Assembly (NCBI RefSeq): GCF_009914755.1
Contig: NC_060925.1
Length of the DNA stretch: 64,000 nucleotides
DNA from: the human T2T-CHM13v2.0 reference genome, Homo sapiens
Reading direction: 5' to 3' (one strand)
Shown here: one piece after another, positions 55,144 through 64,000 of the stretch
Position numbering within the stretch: position 1 is the stretch's first letter
How the letters are laid out: each line of letters opens with the position of its first letter
Notes under the pieces: generated by a model
Seen by the model: the letters and a program-made list of their open reading frames with translations, nothing else
The model's database searches: none
What the model was told of the DNA's origin: nothing
Position numbers and translations under genes: made by a program

Positions 55144-55219
55144 TTAGGACATTCAAACAGAGCACTGCCTGGTAGCTTCTAAAATGTGATAGACCTATCT
55201 TCTCATCTAAAATATTACT

Positions 55220-57901
<2,682 letters not shown>

Positions 57902-58369
57902 GAGTAAGTTAAACATTAGGACACGAAATATCTATGCTAACATTCCAAATATGAACAAAACTCACAAAGATAAAAAGCAATAACAATTGTTGGGGCGGTG
58001 AGAAATAAGTGAAATATTTTTCTTTCACATTTCTTTTATTATTATTTGCTGAGGCTGGAAGAGAAAGGGAGGCTGAATTGTTCACCATCACTCTCCCATA
58101 TGCTGTGAGTTCTGCAAGGCCAAGGACTTTGTTTTGGTTACGTTTATATTTCCAGCAAATAGGACAGTATTAAGGCATTTACTAGTCAGTACACTTCTGA
58201 TGGATGAATTACAAGGACAATGAGGTTTTAATGGACAAAGTTTTAAATGGTTCTTAATAGGTCACGCCAGACAGCTTCTAATCTAAATGTAAAGAATGCC
58301 TGGACTCCACAGGCCTGTAATTAGCTAGAAGCACCAGAGCCACAAGGAGGGTGGATGATCAAGCACTTA

Positions 58370-58600
<231 letters not shown>

Positions 58601-58603
58601 CTA

Positions 58604-58837
<234 letters not shown>

Positions 58838-58982
58838 CTATTGTGGAAGCAGAAGAGTTAGTTTAATGTCAGTGCCTCACCTTGCTCATCCTTTACCATG
58901 TGACAAGGAAAACAACAGCATGTGTCAGTGGAGATCCAGGCTCAGAGCCATCAAGGAGGTCCAGCCATGTTCTCAGTGCAGA

Positions 58983-59546
58983 TGTGATACCCTACCTTGT
59001 TTTAATCTGAATTGACTCTCCCTTAGCTGAGAGAGCCAGACAAACTCCATTTTGGCTCCTTCACTTGTAGCCCCTTGCAGCCTCTTACCCACCCCCCTTC
59101 CTCAAGGACTTAACTTGTGCAAGCTGACTCCCAGCACATCAAAGAACGCAAATAACTGATAAGATATTGTGGAAAGCTATAGCCGCAGTTCCCAGGAATT
59201 TGCCCAGTTGATATTACCCTAAGCCCCAGCATTTGTGTCTGGTTGATGGTACCCAAAGCCTCCGCGTCTATCACCTTGTGATGGATTTAAAGCCCCTGCG
59301 CCCGGAACTGTTTGTTTTCCCGTAACCATTTGTCTTTCTAACTTTTTTGCCTGTTTTACTTCTGTAAGATTGCTTCAGCTAGGCTCCTCCTCCCCTTTCT
59401 AAACCAAAGTATAAAAGAAAATCTAGCACCTTCTTCGGGGCGGAGAGAATTTTGAGCACTAGCCATCTCTCGGTCGCTGGCTAATAAAGGACTCCTGAAT
59501 TCATCTCAGAGTGTGGCGTTTCTCTATAACTCGCTCGGTTACAACG
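58983..59546 (+). mobile_element. Solo LTR, LTR6-like (HERVS71 group)
   Basis: Begins TGTGATACCCTACCTTGTTTTAA. TATAAAA at 59410-59416, AATAAA at 59483-59488, ends TACAACG. Near-TSD CAGA/CGGA; about 560 bp. Confidence 0.78.
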
Positions 59547-59645
59547 CGGAGAGCCAATGTAAAGTTGGTGCTGCTGCTAGTATCACCCTTGATGTTGGGG
59601 AGTGGGGACATGCCCCTAACTGCATCTTTGCCTGCAGCAGCTACC

Positions 59646-61420
<1,775 letters not shown>

Positions 61421-62175
61421 TGCCTCTAACTCACTCTCCTTCCTTTCATAGCCAATTTCTTGTAACAGTTGTCTCTTCTTTTGGGCTCCATTTCCTAATC
61501 TCCCATTCCAATTTTAATTCCATACTACATCATACTACTAAATTCCATATCACATCACACATAATCTTGCTAAGATCACAGAAGACCTTCACGTTGCTAA
61601 ATTCAGTGAGTATTTTTTAGTCCTCACTCCCTCCCAGAAGCATTCTCCTCTTTTGGTCTCCTTTATTTTATTCTCTTAGTTTTCCTCGTCTCTGCCTGCT
61701 TAGCTTTCTTTGCAACTGTTCTTATTTTTCCTAGTCATTAAATATTAGCAATCTTTGGGGCTCTGGTCTTTTGTCTTCTTACTCTACAGTCTCCTTAACT
61801 GATCCCCTTCAGTTGCTTCAATTACTACTATGAGCCAGTAACTCCCAAATCTCCTGCTTACGCCCATACACAGAACCGTGTTCTTGTTATCAACCCAATC
61901 ATTCAAACTCAACGTGTTCAAAATAAAACTCATGCTCTTGACTTCTTACTTCACTCCCCAACCATCTTTTTCACTGATAGTTTCACTCCTACTACAGTAA
62001 ATGGTACCATCATTTAGAGTTGTTCAAGGACTCCAAAACTGCTCTTCAACCCTCCTATTTCTCTCTGCCTCTACATCACCACCCAAATCCAGGCCCTATC
62101 AGATCACACCAGGATTACCGTAACATTCTCCTAACAGGTCTCCCAAATCTACTCTTACTCCCTCCAATCCAAGTT

Positions 62176-63192
<1,017 letters not shown>

Positions 63193-63289
63193 TTAGTCTC
63201 CAACCAGCACTATTTTATGGAGAGAGAATAGGAAACAAAGAATCTAGCTAGGGGAAGCGTGCAAAAACCTTTGGTTAAGACTAAGTTGT

Positions 63290-64000
<711 letters not shown>

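Overview
Human (hominid) genomic DNA that I recognise as the 1p35 NHSL3 (KIAA1522) / YARS1 locus. The + strand (about 1.5-22.8 kb) carries NHSL3. It has two alternative coding first exons, MGNSHHKRK... (1873-1963, in a CpG island) and MVVFVGRRL... (13553-13610). Both splice in phase to six shared coding exons, giving 1046 aa and 1035 aa proline-rich products by my exon arithmetic. The - strand (about 23.0 kb to beyond 64 kb) carries coding exons 2-13 of cytoplasmic tyrosyl-tRNA synthetase YARS1: 509 codons plus stop, all GT-AG and phase-consistent, with exon 1 outside the window. The two genes end tail-to-tail about 300 bp apart. The introns are very Alu-rich. They also hold a near full-length Tigger1 carrying nested Alus, an AluYa5-type copy and a full-length SVA, plus three solo LTRs and old L1/MER fragments. 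No prokaryote-type system, CRISPR array or RNA gene is evident. The best leads are: a cluster of three perfect SRF CArG boxes around the internal NHSL3 promoter; complementary CA-rich and UG-rich tracts at the two ends of the 13.6 kb first intron; a long open alternative frame reachable through a CAG 8 nt inside the NHSL3 last exon; the sense-oriented SVA and AluYa5 in YARS1 intron 4; and a tandem duplication that doubles an RBFOX motif ahead of YARS1 exon 8. Repeat subfamily names come from my recollection of consensus sequences, and repeat boundaries are approximate.
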